Shown here: positions 27,945 through 40,196 of the stretch, one piece after another
Layout of the letters: each line of letters starts with the position of its first letter
How positions within the stretch are numbered: the stretch's first letter is position 1
From: Vicugna vicugna
Taxonomy: Eukaryota
Assembly (NCBI GenBank): GCA_013265495.1
Contig: MU058449.1
Span: 482,176-546,175, forward strand
Direction: 5' to 3'
DNA: 64,000 bases
The notes under the pieces: model-generated
What the model was told of the DNA's origin: nothing
The model's database searches: none
Seen by the model: only the letters and a program-made list of their open reading frames with translations
Program-made: the position numbers and the translations under genes

Positions 27945-28422
27945 TTTCTTTGTTTTTATTGATGTATAGTTGGTTTACAATGTTGTGTTAGTTTTGGGTG
28001 TACAGCAAAGTGATTCAATTATATATATATATATATATATTTAATTTTTAGATTATTTTCCATTATAGATTATTTCAAGATATTGAATATAGTTCCCTGT
28101 GCTATACAGTAGGTCCTTGTTTTTTATCTATTTTATATATGGTAGTGAGTATATGTTAATCCTAAACTCCTAATTTATCCCTCCCCTGCCCCTTTCCCCT
28201 TTGGTAATAATAGTTTGTTTTCTATGTCTGTGAGTCTATTTCTGGTTTGTAAATAAGTTCATTTGTGTCATTTTTTTAAGATTCCACCTATAAGAGATAT
28301 TATATGATATTTGTCTTTCTCTATCTGACTTACTTCACTTAATGTGATCATCTCTAGGTCCATCCATGTTGCTGCAAATGGTATTATTTCATTCTTCTTT
28401 ATGGCTGAGTAATATTCCATTG

Positions 28423-28457
<35 letters not shown>

Positions 28458-28480
28458 GTTTGTGTGTGTACCACATCTTC
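27945..28480 (-). mobile_element. L1 3' end containing (AT)n and (TG)n tracts
   Basis: MEYYSAIKKNEIIPFAATWMDLEMITLSEVSQ peptide followed by 3' UTR. Confidence 0.85.
28421..28469. repeat. Interrupted (TG)n microsatellite
   Basis: TG array with two TT interruptions. Confidence 0.95.
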
Positions 28481-30572
28481 CTTATCCTCACCCATAAATT
28501 TTGTTCTATTTCCTGTTCAAGTCTCAGCTTATCAAAAGGCTCTAGACATTATCATTGAAGTATACAGAACACATATACACACACAAAGATTAGATTGTGG
28601 CCGTATTAGAGAAGTAACTTAATTTTCCCCATGCCAAGAAATCAGTCCATGCATTCTACTTTAATTCTTCTAACCTTAATATAAAACACATTTTCTTTAA
28701 TTCTCAGAGAAGTTGCAGAAATAAAATGGATCACTGTTTTTTAAAAATGCCTTTCTCCCTGCTCTGAGTCCTCTAAGAGCAGATTTCAGTGTTCAGAAAA
28801 CTTCAGTGGCAGGCCGGTGCATAGACTTAAAGTTAGGACAGGCAGGAATATCCCTATGTATACTCTCTCTTTCTTATCCTTCTCTCTCACTGACTCAGCT
28901 GTCATGTCTTTCACTTTTTCTCAGTCCCTTCATCATTGTCCTTCCTTTCTTCATTCTCTGCTGATGCTGTATCTATGTCATTAACAATGATCTTTGGGGT
29001 ACTTTGCTTATTTTAATACAATTTAACCACAGTTATGTAAAAAATAAATAGTAGGAAGAGACTAGACTAATGACAAGACTGTCTCAAAGGGCAGAGGCCT
29101 GAAAAGACTCATGTAATACGGTTACCTATCCTAAGAAATTGAGAAAGAACCACTGAGGATAAGAAAATCATTTTATTATAGCCCCTCCAGCACCTTACCT
29201 GCAGTCCTCAGATACAATCTTTCACTAACTAGCCTATCTTAAAATTGTTGGAAAAGATTGAATTAGGATGTTAAGATATGTCATAAACTTCAAAATTTTT
29301 CACCTCTAAAGAGAATGACACCCATATTTCCCTTCTTCATAAATTTGTTGTTCTTTAATGATTTTGCTCTCTTTAGCCCTTGTGTCATAACATAATCTAT
29401 GCCAAAATCTATCCACTACTTATTAATAATTTAAAAATTAACACCTGAAATTTACTCATAAGTCTGTTTCATCGATATGAATGCCGAATCATGCAACCAA
29501 TAACCAGTTTCCCAAAGATCCAGTTTCATATTGCCTTTTTCTGCCTACACTGTCCACCATCACAGGTAAAGTTACATTCTGTTTCTGTTTCTGTAGCTTT
29601 CTCTCTCTCTCTTTTTGTCACCCCTGCTATTGTTCCTATCTTTCTTCTCATTTCTTTGTACTTCTGTGCATTTAGTTCTTGCTCTCTTTGCTTTATCCCT
29701 CACCTGAGAAGAGTTCCCATCTCCATCTGAAGGTCAAACTTGAACTGATTACAGATGCTACAATTTTGATTCTCCATATACCTTAGGTTTTCAAAACCTT
29801 TGGTTCCATGGATAGTGAGGCTTAAATGCTTCCATCATCTCTATACATACTCCTGGTTTCTCCTGGGATAGTAAATAAGGGATTGGCATCAGAGTCTTCT
29901 GGGTCCCTAGAGATGAAATTAATATAAACAGCCCTTAACCACAGCTGTGCCAAGGGCATAAAATCCCAGAAGTTGAAGAAATGTGTGCCTACTTCTATCT
30001 ACCACTCCCAGTCCTTTTTTTCAAATGTAATAGTTTTCTCTTCTTGAAAGTGCATCTGAGAGTTCATGACCACAGTCTAATATTCCAGAGGAATAGTGAA
30101 ATCTCAGCTTCATTGAGGACATCCATATAGAACTATGGCAATTAAGTACATTGATAAGTCCTCCTGTTAGAAGGTGTTTACCATTTCTTGCTGAACAGGG
30201 TCATTCATTAGCTGTTTGTTTAATAATCGTATGTTAAGCACCAACAGGATTCAAGTCTCCATACTCAGCTCTATAAAGTAAAAACCATTATCTGGTTCGT
30301 CATGACTTGCACTTTGCTCAGTATGGAGATGACTTTCTAATCCATTCTTTTTCTTAGCTCATATCCACCTCTTTGCATTTATTTATAAATTTTAGAAACA
30401 GCTTATCAATTTGCACCGAGATATACATTGGGACTTTTATTGATGATGTACTGAATCTACAGATCAATTTTGGAAGAATTGAGATATCTAATTACCAGAT
30501 CTTCCAATCCAAGATAATGGACCTCAATTAATTAATGTTATTATGTTTTCTCAATATTGTTTTATACTTTTC

Positions 30573-31420
30573 TGTTATTAAAAAAAATTAATACAGAAAA
30601 TGCAATTGAATAAAGTTGGGAGACCAGAAGGAGGAGCTCTCACCCCTTGCAATAATAGCAGAGCCCAAGAAGAAGAAAGACTCCTCTCCTTTACTGACAA
30701 TGACTCAGTCAGTGAAAAGACATGAACTCTGTTTACCATGGCTTCCCAATTTCCTTTTTCTCTCTATAAAAGCACTTTTATTTCCTTACCTTATGAGGAC
30801 TTGCACATGGCTCACCATGGTTGCAAGACCCCAAATTGCAATTCCCTGCTGATCCCGAATAAACCCATCTTTGCTGGAAGAATAGCTGGCTGACTATTTA
30901 TTTCAGGTTGTCAACTGAAAAAATATACACAACCTAAACTTAAAAGTTATGTTTTATTTGGCGGACTTTCAGAGGACTCAAGCCCGGGAGGCAGCCTCTC
31001 AGATAGCTCTGAGAGACTGCTCCAAAGAAGCAGGGGAGGAGCCAGGCTATATAGGAGTTTTGCCACAAAGGCCAGGTAATCAGAGCATCAAAAGGTTACT
31101 GTTAATTAAAGAAAACCAGACATCTCAAATTAAGGAATTTAGTGCTTTTCTATTTATGGGAATGTGCGAAAGTCTTGGCTTCTTGAAATCATTCCTTTGA
31201 TGTACACCTTAGCTATGTAGGGCCAGTATCCTCTTCTTTCCCATCCTGAGTTCCCTCAGTAGGTGACTGCAGAGGCTGCCTACTGGGCTGCCTGCTTACC
31301 TCCATCCTGAGTCCCCTCCCATCACTGTCGGGGGCAGTGGTAGTGGCTGATGACTTGATGGCCACAGCATCCTTTGTTTACTGAAATGGCTGGCAGTATT
31401 TTTCATTCACAAAGTTAACA
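30573..31420 (+). mobile_element. ERV LTR interrupted near its 3' end by another LTR
   Basis: TG start, TATAAAA at about 30764, AATAAA at about 30858; the terminal ...TAACA resumes at 31416-31420. Confidence 0.7.
30909..31411 (-). mobile_element. ERV solo LTR, family A copy 1
   Basis: Termini TGTCAACTGAAAAA...TTCACA; flanks AGGT/AAGT; homologous to 32871-33346 and 34245-34669. Confidence 0.8.
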
Positions 31421-32073
31421 GTCAAGAGAGAATATGTATCTTACATTAGATTTGTTCTTAAGTATTTGATATTAATTTATGCTTATGTGACTAGCATTTA
31501 CAAATTATCTAAATCTTTGATCCTGATATATAAAAATGAAATCAATTTATATTTGGTCTTTTTTTTCTGAAAAACTTTTAAGCTTATATTTATTTCTAAT
31601 AAGTAATCTATATAATCTTTATTCCTTATTTTGTACTAATCACACTTTTATTAGTAATGTCAACTTCTCTCTCCCTTATTTCCAATCATTATATCTTTTA
31701 TTATATTTATTGACATTTTGTGCCAGTCTCAACCTATTGATAACCAATGTTGTGGCTGGACCAGCCCTTGTGATTCTTACTTCAGTTAGAAAATATCTTC
31801 AGGAGACTTTGGGGGAAAAAAAACAGGTTTATTACTAGAAGTTCTGTGTTGGGGAGGAAGAAATTATGAAATTTTAACTTTTAGACTGTGACTGTGCACT
31901 TATTTCAGTTGGCAAGGGGAGCAAAATTTGCCACCCAAAATGTGTCTCTTTGGCATGAGGATTAATTTAGGCTGATTATTTTTAAGAAACAGAAGATTCA
32001 GGAAACCTTTCTTTTTAACTCCTCCTTAGCTACCTATAGAATTTAGATAAAGGGCCAGTTCCTGGCTCTCACA

Positions 32074-32485
32074 TGTTACGGAAACGACAGGCCAGCCAAG
32101 AAACAAGCACCACTCGGAGGGTTGGAGTACTCAGATGTATTACGCCGGCGGGCTCAGAGGGGCTTCTGCTCCGAAGCTCTGAGCACCTTCAAGATGTGCA
32201 CATGAGGTTTTATAGGGCAAAGTACAAGCTTGGGGTATTCGGCCAATAGGCATGGAACAGCTTTAGCAGCATTATCATCACAAAAGTGGAGGCGGGGAGG
32301 CAGCAAACCAACATTTCAAAGCCAGATATGTATAATCTTTGAAAACTGGCTAGCAAAAAAACATAAACAGCAAACCAACACTAATTAACTTAGATTTACA
32401 AGTTAGTCCAGCAGAACTCAGATCAGTATTCCAATACTTAGATTTGTGAGTTATCTTGTTAGACCAGCCCAGCTTTTCCTTCACA
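32074..32485 (-). mobile_element. Second solo LTR of the same family, nested in an older LTR
   Basis: Its reverse complement matches both termini and the R/U5 region of 16663-17072 and retains TATAAAA. Confidence 0.88.
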
Positions 32486-32870
32486 ACCAGAGATACATGC
32501 AAAGAATATGGGCTAGGTGTGGTGTGAGAAACTCTAGGCAGGACCTCAAGATCAAAATCAACTCTGTCTCATTGTCTCTGCACAGCACTGTAAACATTTG
32601 TTTACCAAATATTTGCTTTTCCACCCCCTTGTGAATTGCCTCCCTCCCCTTTGAAGTCACAGACACTACTCCCAACCTCCTCTTTTGTCTTTAGCTTAAG
32701 ATAGTAAGGAGGGGGTTTTGGCCATTTTCGTGAGTTAATCAGTTTTCCTGGGTCTCTCGCATGTATACATGTTATTAAACTTTCGTCTGACTTTCTCCCA
32801 TTAATCTGTCTCATATCAATTTAATTCTTAGACCAGCCAGAAAAACCTAGAGAAGGGTAGAGGAACATTT

Positions 32871-33346
32871 TACCGACTGAAATAAATGTGCAGCCTAAAA
32901 GTTGAGAGTTTTGTTTTATTTGGCGAGAGGACTCGAGCCGGGATGACAGGCTCTCTGATGGCTCTGCGGGACTGCTCCGAAGAGGTAGGGGAGGAGCTAG
33001 GATATATAGGAGCTTTACAACAAAGACCAGGTAGTTGAGACAATAAAGATTACTTATTATCTAAAGAAAACAAGGCATCAAGTTAAAGAATTTGGTGCTT
33101 TTCTGTGTATGGGAGGAAGCAAACATCTGGGCTCATTGAATTCATTCCTTTGACAAGCACCCAGCTATCTAGCACCAGTATCCTGTCCTTTCTTATTCTG
33201 AGTCCCCTCAGGGTGCACCTTTGTGAGTGGCTGCAGATGCCGGGCTGCAGGCTAGTCTTCACTCGGGGGTGGCGGCAGCTGCTGATGACTTGATGGCTTC
33301 AGCACTCTTTGTTTATTGATATGGTTTGCAGTATTTTTTGTTCACA
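32871..33346 (-). mobile_element. ERV solo LTR, family A copy 2
   Basis: Colinear similarity with 30909-31411 (gttttatttggcg, aaagaaaac, tgatgacttgatggc, ttcaca). Confidence 0.8.
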
Positions 33347-34244
33347 CCCTCCGCCTGGAAATTACAGGGCAGGCTGTGAGCCAAAGAGTAGGTTAAGAAT
33401 AGAGAGAAAGAGAGAGAGAGACTGTGAGCTCACTCAGGCCTGAGGTTCTGCTTTTATTGGGATCAAGGGTGGGATTTAGCATTTGGGGGGCTCACTCTGT
33501 TGGTCCATTTAAAACAAGAGCAGAAATTTAAAGTATGAGAAGAGAAAAAACAAGTGGCCCAAAGGGTCAGTTATCTAAGGAGTTTGGTATGTGTGTGGTG
33601 AGTGGGTAGAGTGGTGGCCTGGCTCTTTAATTAGTCCAGTACTCAGCTTTGTGTTTATTTGAGATAGCTATTTTTGAAGCAGATTCCTCTTTGAAATAGA
33701 TGCCTCTAGGCAATCAAAGCTTAAGTTAGGTATTTGCATTACAAAACAAAACAAAGAAAAAACCTACCTGTCAGGGCTTACACTACAGTTGATTTGTGGC
33801 CCTTTTAAGGCTTCTAGTGCAGTTTGGGGCAGAAATGATGAGAGTTATGTTATTTTCTCTTTGTAAATAGGTAATACTCTCAACATTTCATCTTTAAAGT
33901 ATGTTTGCTAGGATTTTTTGTAATTACCTGTATCAGAGAACATGATTACTTTCTATTCGTTAAGTGTTTTATCAAGAATAGATGCTGGATTTCATAAAAT
34001 TATTTTCTGTGTCCATGAGGTTTATGACTTATGATCCATATGATTTTCCTTTAATATCCTATTAATATGATTAATTATACTGATTAATTTTTAAATATCA
34101 ACTTTACATTTCCAGAATAGATCCAGGTGGAATCTGTCACTTTATTTTCCTTTATTTATTGCCAGATTTGATCTCTTAATATTTCATCCAGGAATTTTAC
34201 ATCGATGTTAATGAGAATAACCTAAAATTTTCCTACTTATAATA

Positions 34245-34669
34245 TATAAGTGAAAAATGTTACCTGCCATATCAATGAACAAAAGATGTTGCAGCCATCA
34301 AACTACTACAGCCACCCTGATGGTGAGCCCTGAGGGAACTCAGAATGGGAAAGAACAGGATACTGGCCCTAGATAGCGAAGGTGCACATCACAGGAATGA
34401 TTTCAGCGAACTCAGACTTTTGCATTTTTCCATACATAGAATATTATTAAATTCCTTACCTTGAGATATCTGGTTTTCTTTAATTAACAGTAATCTTTTG
34501 ATGTTCCAACTACCTGGTCTTTGTTGCAAAAACCCCTAAATATCCTGGTTCCTTCCCTTATCCTCAGAGCTATCTGAGAGACTTCCTTTCAGGCTTAAAG
34601 TCCTCAGAAAGTCTGCTGAGTAAAACATAATTCTCAACTCAGGTTGTGCATTTGTTTTTTCAGTTGACA
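34245..34669 (+). mobile_element. ERV solo LTR, family A copy 3 (opposite orientation)
   Basis: Begins gtgaaaaatg and ends ttttcagttgaca, the reverse complement of the copy 1 and 2 termini. Confidence 0.75.
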
Positions 34670-36619
34670 AATGTCTTTCTCAAACTTTGCTATAAGATTA
34701 TGAGGAGCTTAAAAAATAACTTAGGATAAAAATTTTTTCCAACCAGAAGACTTTCATATGGTTTGCAGGTTTATTTATTAAATGACTATCTATATAGTAT
34801 ATTATCTAGGAATAGTTTTTAATTATAGTTTTGATAGATAATAGTTAAAGGACAATTCAGATTTTCTTATTTGTCAGTCTTTAAATGACTTGTGGCAAGA
34901 TCTAATTATAAATTTTATTTCTAAACATTTATAGGACTACTTGGATTTTCTATTTCTCCCCTTTGCCTAGTTTTGTAAGTTGTGTTTATCTAAGAATGTG
35001 TATTTTGGATAAACATATTTGTATTTATTGGTTATATATTACTCACTATGTATCTTTACGATTTTTCAGTGTCTTCAGAAGTGTCAAGATATTGCCTTTT
35101 TTCATTACTGATGTTGGTTTTATATGCAATCTATCTTTTACACTTCCTAGTCATGCAGTAGATAAATAATGTCATTGACCTTTCAAAAGTCATTTTCTGG
35201 GTACACCAGAAGTAGAGACTAAGGCAGAATTTGGGATGGAAAGTATTCATTAGGAATCAACACCTGTGAGGGGAAGAGAGAAAGCAGAATTGGGCAAAGA
35301 GAAAAGTGAACTGCAACACAGACCTGACAAAATCTTGGCCAACACCGGGGACTCTCTGCTATATGACTCCAAAGAATTGCCCACATCAGGTGGAAGTGGC
35401 GAGCAAACACATTCCAGATTCACTCGTTCATCCAGTGTGGGGAGCCCTAAGAGGTGTGTGACCTCAGGGAAAAGGCTTTCTGAAACTAAGGCAAATCATA
35501 GGACTCTGTTCATGTCATATCCCTTAACTCAAAGGGTTCACGCCAATTTTACTCACTTCTCTCTCACCTACTTTCTTCCAGTTGCTCTTTGAAATGCAAC
35601 ATTATTTTATGCAACTAATTTGAGATTTTCAAAAATCATTCCCAAATACTCTTTGTATTTTCAGAAATATATATGCATACATCCTAATATATTAGCTATT
35701 TTCTCTTTTATAATGAAAACACTGATATTAAAACACTTTTTAGGAAATCTTCTTTTTATATGACTTTTTTCTGCCCTTTTTTAGCCCTATTAGTGCAATC
35801 TTTCCTAACCCATTTCTGAAATGATGTCTGTAATGTACTAGCCTGACTTTTCCTAGGCAGATGTCTTTACTTCAGCTTACCACTCAGAACGCAGTTTCCT
35901 CATTTCAGGTTTTTCATTACCAAGGGGATGTTGTGTGAGGCAGAACAGCCCCTTCTTTAGAAAGTTCCCCTAATGTGTCTTGATTCTAAAAAAGGAAAAT
36001 AAATGCTTATGTCTGGCTGAGTGGACTCATCTTAATTAATACATTGTATATCTCCTCCTGGCTTCTACTGTATCTGATGACATGCTGCTGCCTACCCATT
36101 CCAAACTCTCCATCTGGGATTTCTTCCTTTAAATGCAGTCAGTGGGATGTGGACTTAGTACATATTTTTATCTAATATCTCAACAACAATATTAATAATA
36201 ACAAAAAATGGTGTTACCAAGCTTTGATTAATGATGTTTACATTCATTATATCATTTAGCCCTAGAAATTATTACAATTATTTAGCAAAAGTGAAATTGA
36301 GTCAAAAAGAGGTTAAATAACTTGCCCAAAGTCTCAGAGCTAATAAGGGATAAGCCACCATCCTAAGCTGGTCTCTGTAGCTATATCTTCAACAGCATAA
36401 ACAACGTTCCGCAAACTCTGCCCATGCACTAACATACTAAAAATCTATTCCTGATCTTATTTTTTTTCTTTCCTTTTCAGCTAATTCAAGAGTTCCATGG
36501 CACCTCTGCTAGAACTTTCCACTTTACTATACCCTTCTCTCACCCTGCTTTCAGTGATTGAATACCAAATGTTGAGACATACCAAATTGTAAGCACACAA
36601 TTTCACTTTTAAAAATAGG

Positions 36620-36625
36620 TTTATT
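36620..36625 (-). terminator. Candidate MMP26 polyadenylation signal
   Basis: AATAAA on the minus strand about 160 nt after the stop codon. Confidence 0.65.
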
Positions 36626-36785
36626 GTGATCCGGAAGTGTTCTGAATGTTGACTCAGCTGCCCTAAGTTCCATTCCTTTGGGGCTCATTCGATTGGTCTC
36701 AGAGGTGGATTTAGTGCTTTGAGTTCTGAGATCCTCCAGTGAAGCCACTGAAAGGCCAGATTGAATGATTTCTTCTGTGCCAGCA

Positions 36786-36814
36786 TTAGGACTTTTTAGA
36801 TGAACATCTTTCTC
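36786..36814 (-). CDS. MMP26: MMP26 terminal coding exon
   Basis: After a 78-bp GT-AG intron (36815-36892) it reads (G)ERCSSKKS-TAA (human GEKCSSDIP). The spliced total is 261 aa with no hemopexin domain, as expected for a matrilysin. Confidence 0.9.
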
Positions 36815-36892
36815 CTTATGGGGACAGAAGAAAACAGTAAACTCCAAGTGGAATTTCCTGCCCAGATCCCCTCCCTTTCAGCAGGCACAGAC

Positions 36893-37054
36893 CATAGAGT
36901 TGCTGGATTCTTTGGATATCGTCAACACCAAGGTGGAAGGTTCTAAGGTCCCGATACATGTATCTGGGGTACATTATGGAGTTCCAATTCCTGGAGTGCT
37001 GCAGGCCCAGAGAGTGACCTAGCTCATGAATGGCAACCAGGAACAGATTAAACC
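36893..37054 (-). CDS. MMP26: MMP26 coding exon 5 (catalytic zinc motif and Met-turn)
   Basis: (G)FNLFLVAIHELGHSLGLQHSRNWNSIMYPRYMYRDLRTFHLGVDDIQRIQQLY contains HExGHxxGxxH and SIMYP; 162 nt. Confidence 0.95.
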
Positions 37055-37535
37055 CTGAAAAGGCACAGACAAAAGGATAAAAATTATATATGCATAGGAA
37101 AGGCAGAAAGTCTGTAAAAAAAAAAGAAGGAAGAAAAAAGAGAATAGAAAAGGAAGAAAGAGCAAATGTAAGAGTGCAGGAAAAAAGTAAAGAGAGGTGG
37201 ACAGAATCTAGGTGAGAAACAAAATGGCAAATTAAAATGAACAAACTGGAAGTGAACAGAAGTTGAGAGAATGATAAATGGAAACAAAGGGATAAGAGAG
37301 AGAACGTACAATATGATGATATTTATCATAGAAGTATCTTTGTTTAGAAGTGATCCCACCTCCCCCGACTCATTAGAAGACCCAACTCCTCATTTAAATC
37401 ATCCCGCCTCAGCCTGGCCACTCTGAATCCTGCCTTCTACCTTCTTCACAATATGCCAGGCCCAAATGGAGACCATCAATACCAACCCCCAAGCTCCCAG
37501 AGAGTTCTAGCACTCCCACAAGTTCAGGTCTTTAC

Positions 37536-37661
37536 CTCTGTATGAAGTCGACCAGTGTTCTCCCTTGTCAAAGTGGATAGTTCCTGCAGCTCCAGAATTC
37601 GGTAAAAAGGCATGGCCTAAGACACCACCTGGCCCATCAAATGGACAACCATCTCCATGGG
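37536..37661 (-). CDS. MMP26: MMP26 coding exon 4 (structural Zn/Ca region)
   Basis: Not in the ORF track; translated by hand as (A)[41 protein letters not shown]; 126 nt; AG/GT boundaries in phase. Confidence 0.93.
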
Positions 37662-38283
37662 CTGTGAACGACAGAAGTTATTGCCACAATAGGGTTTCGC
37701 GGGCAAGGGCAGGAATGGTCTTAGGTAAGCCTCAGTGCCTCAGTGCCTCGTGCACGCTGCAACTGCTACTGCTGGAGAGGTGAGAGGGCTGAGGCACCAT
37801 CTATGTGGAGAAATAGGATGGGGCCAAAAATCTAGCTACTCCCTATCTTCTGTGGCAAAAAGAAAAGAAAAGAAAGGTGGAAGAGACTGAGTGAAGGTTG
37901 TATGTTAAACACAAAGATCTCTTCCCAAAATGGAGGAAAAGAGGGGAAGGGAACTTAGGCACTGCAGGCTTTCATAAATAGGTTTGATCAACTCAGTAGC
38001 AGTTCAACAGATTTGAGAGCCACACAACTCTCTTTTGACAGGCGAATGTGCGATAGGCTTTCCCTCACTTTATTCACACAACAGTGCATCCTCCAGTCCC
38101 CTACCTACTACTTCATTGTTCCAAAAGTATCTTTCCTGCTATAGGTTTATTGATTTCCATTAGGATTTTGCCTTCCTTTTTTCTCAGCAGCTAGATTAGG
38201 CGGACTAGGTTTTTGTTTCAGACCTGAGACCATTTGCCTTTTACATGGGACACCATACCCTCCCTCCCATGTTATTTTCTAAC

Positions 38284-38432
38284 CCAGCTCCCAGAAAGAA
38301 ATCTTGATGTCTGCATCTTCACTCTCCACTTGCTGGAAGATCAAGGGGGTCACATTGCTCCAGATGGAAACTGCATCATGTATAATGTTTTTCACTGTGG
38401 ATTGCTTCAGATCATTTGGGTAATTGATAATC
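38284..38432 (-). CDS. MMP26: MMP26 coding exon 3 (catalytic domain)
   Basis: Acceptor ttcttctttcAG; (R)IINYPNDLKQSTVKNIIHDAVSIWSNVTPLIFQQVESEDADIKISFWEL; 149 nt; GT donor at 38283. Confidence 0.93.
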
Positions 38433-39145
38433 CTGAAAGAAGAAATCTTTAAGTAGAATAACTCAAAGGTATAGGAATAATCCAGCTCTAAAAAGGCATG
38501 ACTCTGCTTTGGAGAAAATCCCTTTATACTTTGGGGCCTTATTTTACTCATCTGAAAAGAGAATAAACCCCAGATGAACTGAATCAAAAGCCCAGGGAAT
38601 TAAACCTGCAAAATACAAATGTTTAAGAATTTTTACAAATTCTCCACATTGTTCTTATCTACACTAAGTCCTGAGAATGACAGCCCTACAGGGTAATTGT
38701 GAGGAAAAAAATCATGATGGACTCCATTGAAACGGACAGCATTTCATATAGTTTAGTATTGCTTTGTTTTGGCTATCCCCGATAGCCAAAATGCTTAGGA
38801 TCCCCAATGGAATAAGTAACATGGATGTGGAGCAAAAATACATCAAATTATATCCTAACACCCCCCTCCCACTACCCACCCCCACCACTTACACACAGGG
38901 GGATAAAGTATGTTTAGTTAAGGGAAGAATGATAGATTCACAGCCAAAGAATAGTAGTTAGGCTCCACTTCCAAAAGACATGATCTGGGGAAGCTAGAAT
39001 GAGAACTGGGAGAATTGCCTTTTCTGAGGAAGACTGGGGGCTTTGGAGAGACTGCCAGCGAAAGCAGAAGACAGTAGAGGTGCCTCCAGGAGGGACATTG
39101 CAGGCAGTCACCCCGCTTATCCCTCCAGGCCGTAACCACAAGCAC

Positions 39146-39366
39146 CTGTAGGTCAGAGTGTGCTTATTCCATTTAGAACTTGCTGCATAGGCGGAGTCGT
39201 GATCAACATCAGTAACTCCACAGCGGGGCTGGTGTAGCACAGTCAGCATTTGCTCCTCCCTCAGGTTTGCCTCGTTCAGATGGAACTGCGGCAGGAGCTG
39301 TATCTTTTCCCCCTGGATAAGGAGTGATGGTTCTTTCTTGGTCAAGAAAAACTGATGGAAATAGTC
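39146..39366 (-). CDS. MMP26: MMP26 coding exon 2 (propeptide with cysteine switch)
   Basis: Acceptor ctttcacccAG; DYFHQFFLTKKE...HQPRCGVTD...KWNKHTLTY; 221 nt; GT donor at 39145. Confidence 0.93.
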
Positions 39367-39661
39367 CTGGGTGAAAGATTGGGAATGAGGAGTACTTAGA
39401 GACAACAAGGACAGACTCACAGCATCATTAGCCCAGGCATAGCCTCCTTTGAGGGCCTGGGAAGGATGGTGCTTTGTCTCTCTGGTCTTCTTAAATGTCT
39501 TATTCTCAGCTGAATGATGGCAATGATGCCCGATTCTCCTGTCACTCAGTAGGTAACTTTAAACATGGGTAATAAAATTAAAAAGGCCTGGATAACCCAC
39601 TAAAAATTCTCTGAAAATAAAGCATTAAATTTTCAGAACAGAGAGGCCCAAAGGCAAAGGT

Positions 39662-40196
39662 TGTCAGGGTAGGGAAAAACTACCCCCCTCCCCATCTTGA
39701 GTTCCTGTCGCTGGACTAATAATAAAATTAACACAAGACAGATTAACAGGAGAAAAAGAAATACATTCTAGTTCATGCACATGGGGCCCCATAGAAATGG
39801 GACTTAAGAAGTGGCCAAAGCAGGCAGCTTTTATACTTCTTAGACAAAGAAATGATACATTTGGGAGGAATTGACAGGACAAAGAAACTTAGGTTTGGGT
39901 GCCCAACTGGTGAAGAATCTAAACAGAGTTTGGGCTTGGGGTAGTAAAGTTAAAAAGTAACAATGTTTGTTTATCTAGGACTCTTGGCCTGGATTCCTCT
40001 TGGTAAGGGTGTCCTTCTACCTCCAGATGCAGGGAGCGCACCTTTTATATGAGAGATTTATTTCCTGGTTTCAGGGAGACAGAAAGGAAGATCAGGGTGT
40101 CCCTCTTGGGTCGGCCATTTCTTAAGCAACTTTAATTCAAAATAATCATTGTACCATTGAGGCACATTTTGGGACAGTCTATTCTGGGCTCCAGAA
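39662..40196 (-). mobile_element. ERV solo LTR in MMP26 intron 1
   Basis: Perfect 4-bp TSD AGGT (39658-39661 and 40197-40200); similar to the LTR at 31910-32870. Confidence 0.75.

Larger units (their letters stand above)
31910..33360 (+). mobile_element. Older ERV LTR hosting two nested LTR insertions (boundaries approximate)
   Basis: gccacccaaaatgtgtctctttggcatgaggatt...attaaac...ttaatctgtctcatatcaatttaatt is related to the reverse complement of 39662-40196. Confidence 0.65.

Noticed and set aside
36551..36847. 98-aa ORF suggesting a long MMP26 C-terminal extension
   Set aside because: The splice phase puts the last exon in another frame, ending GERCSSKKS* at 36786.
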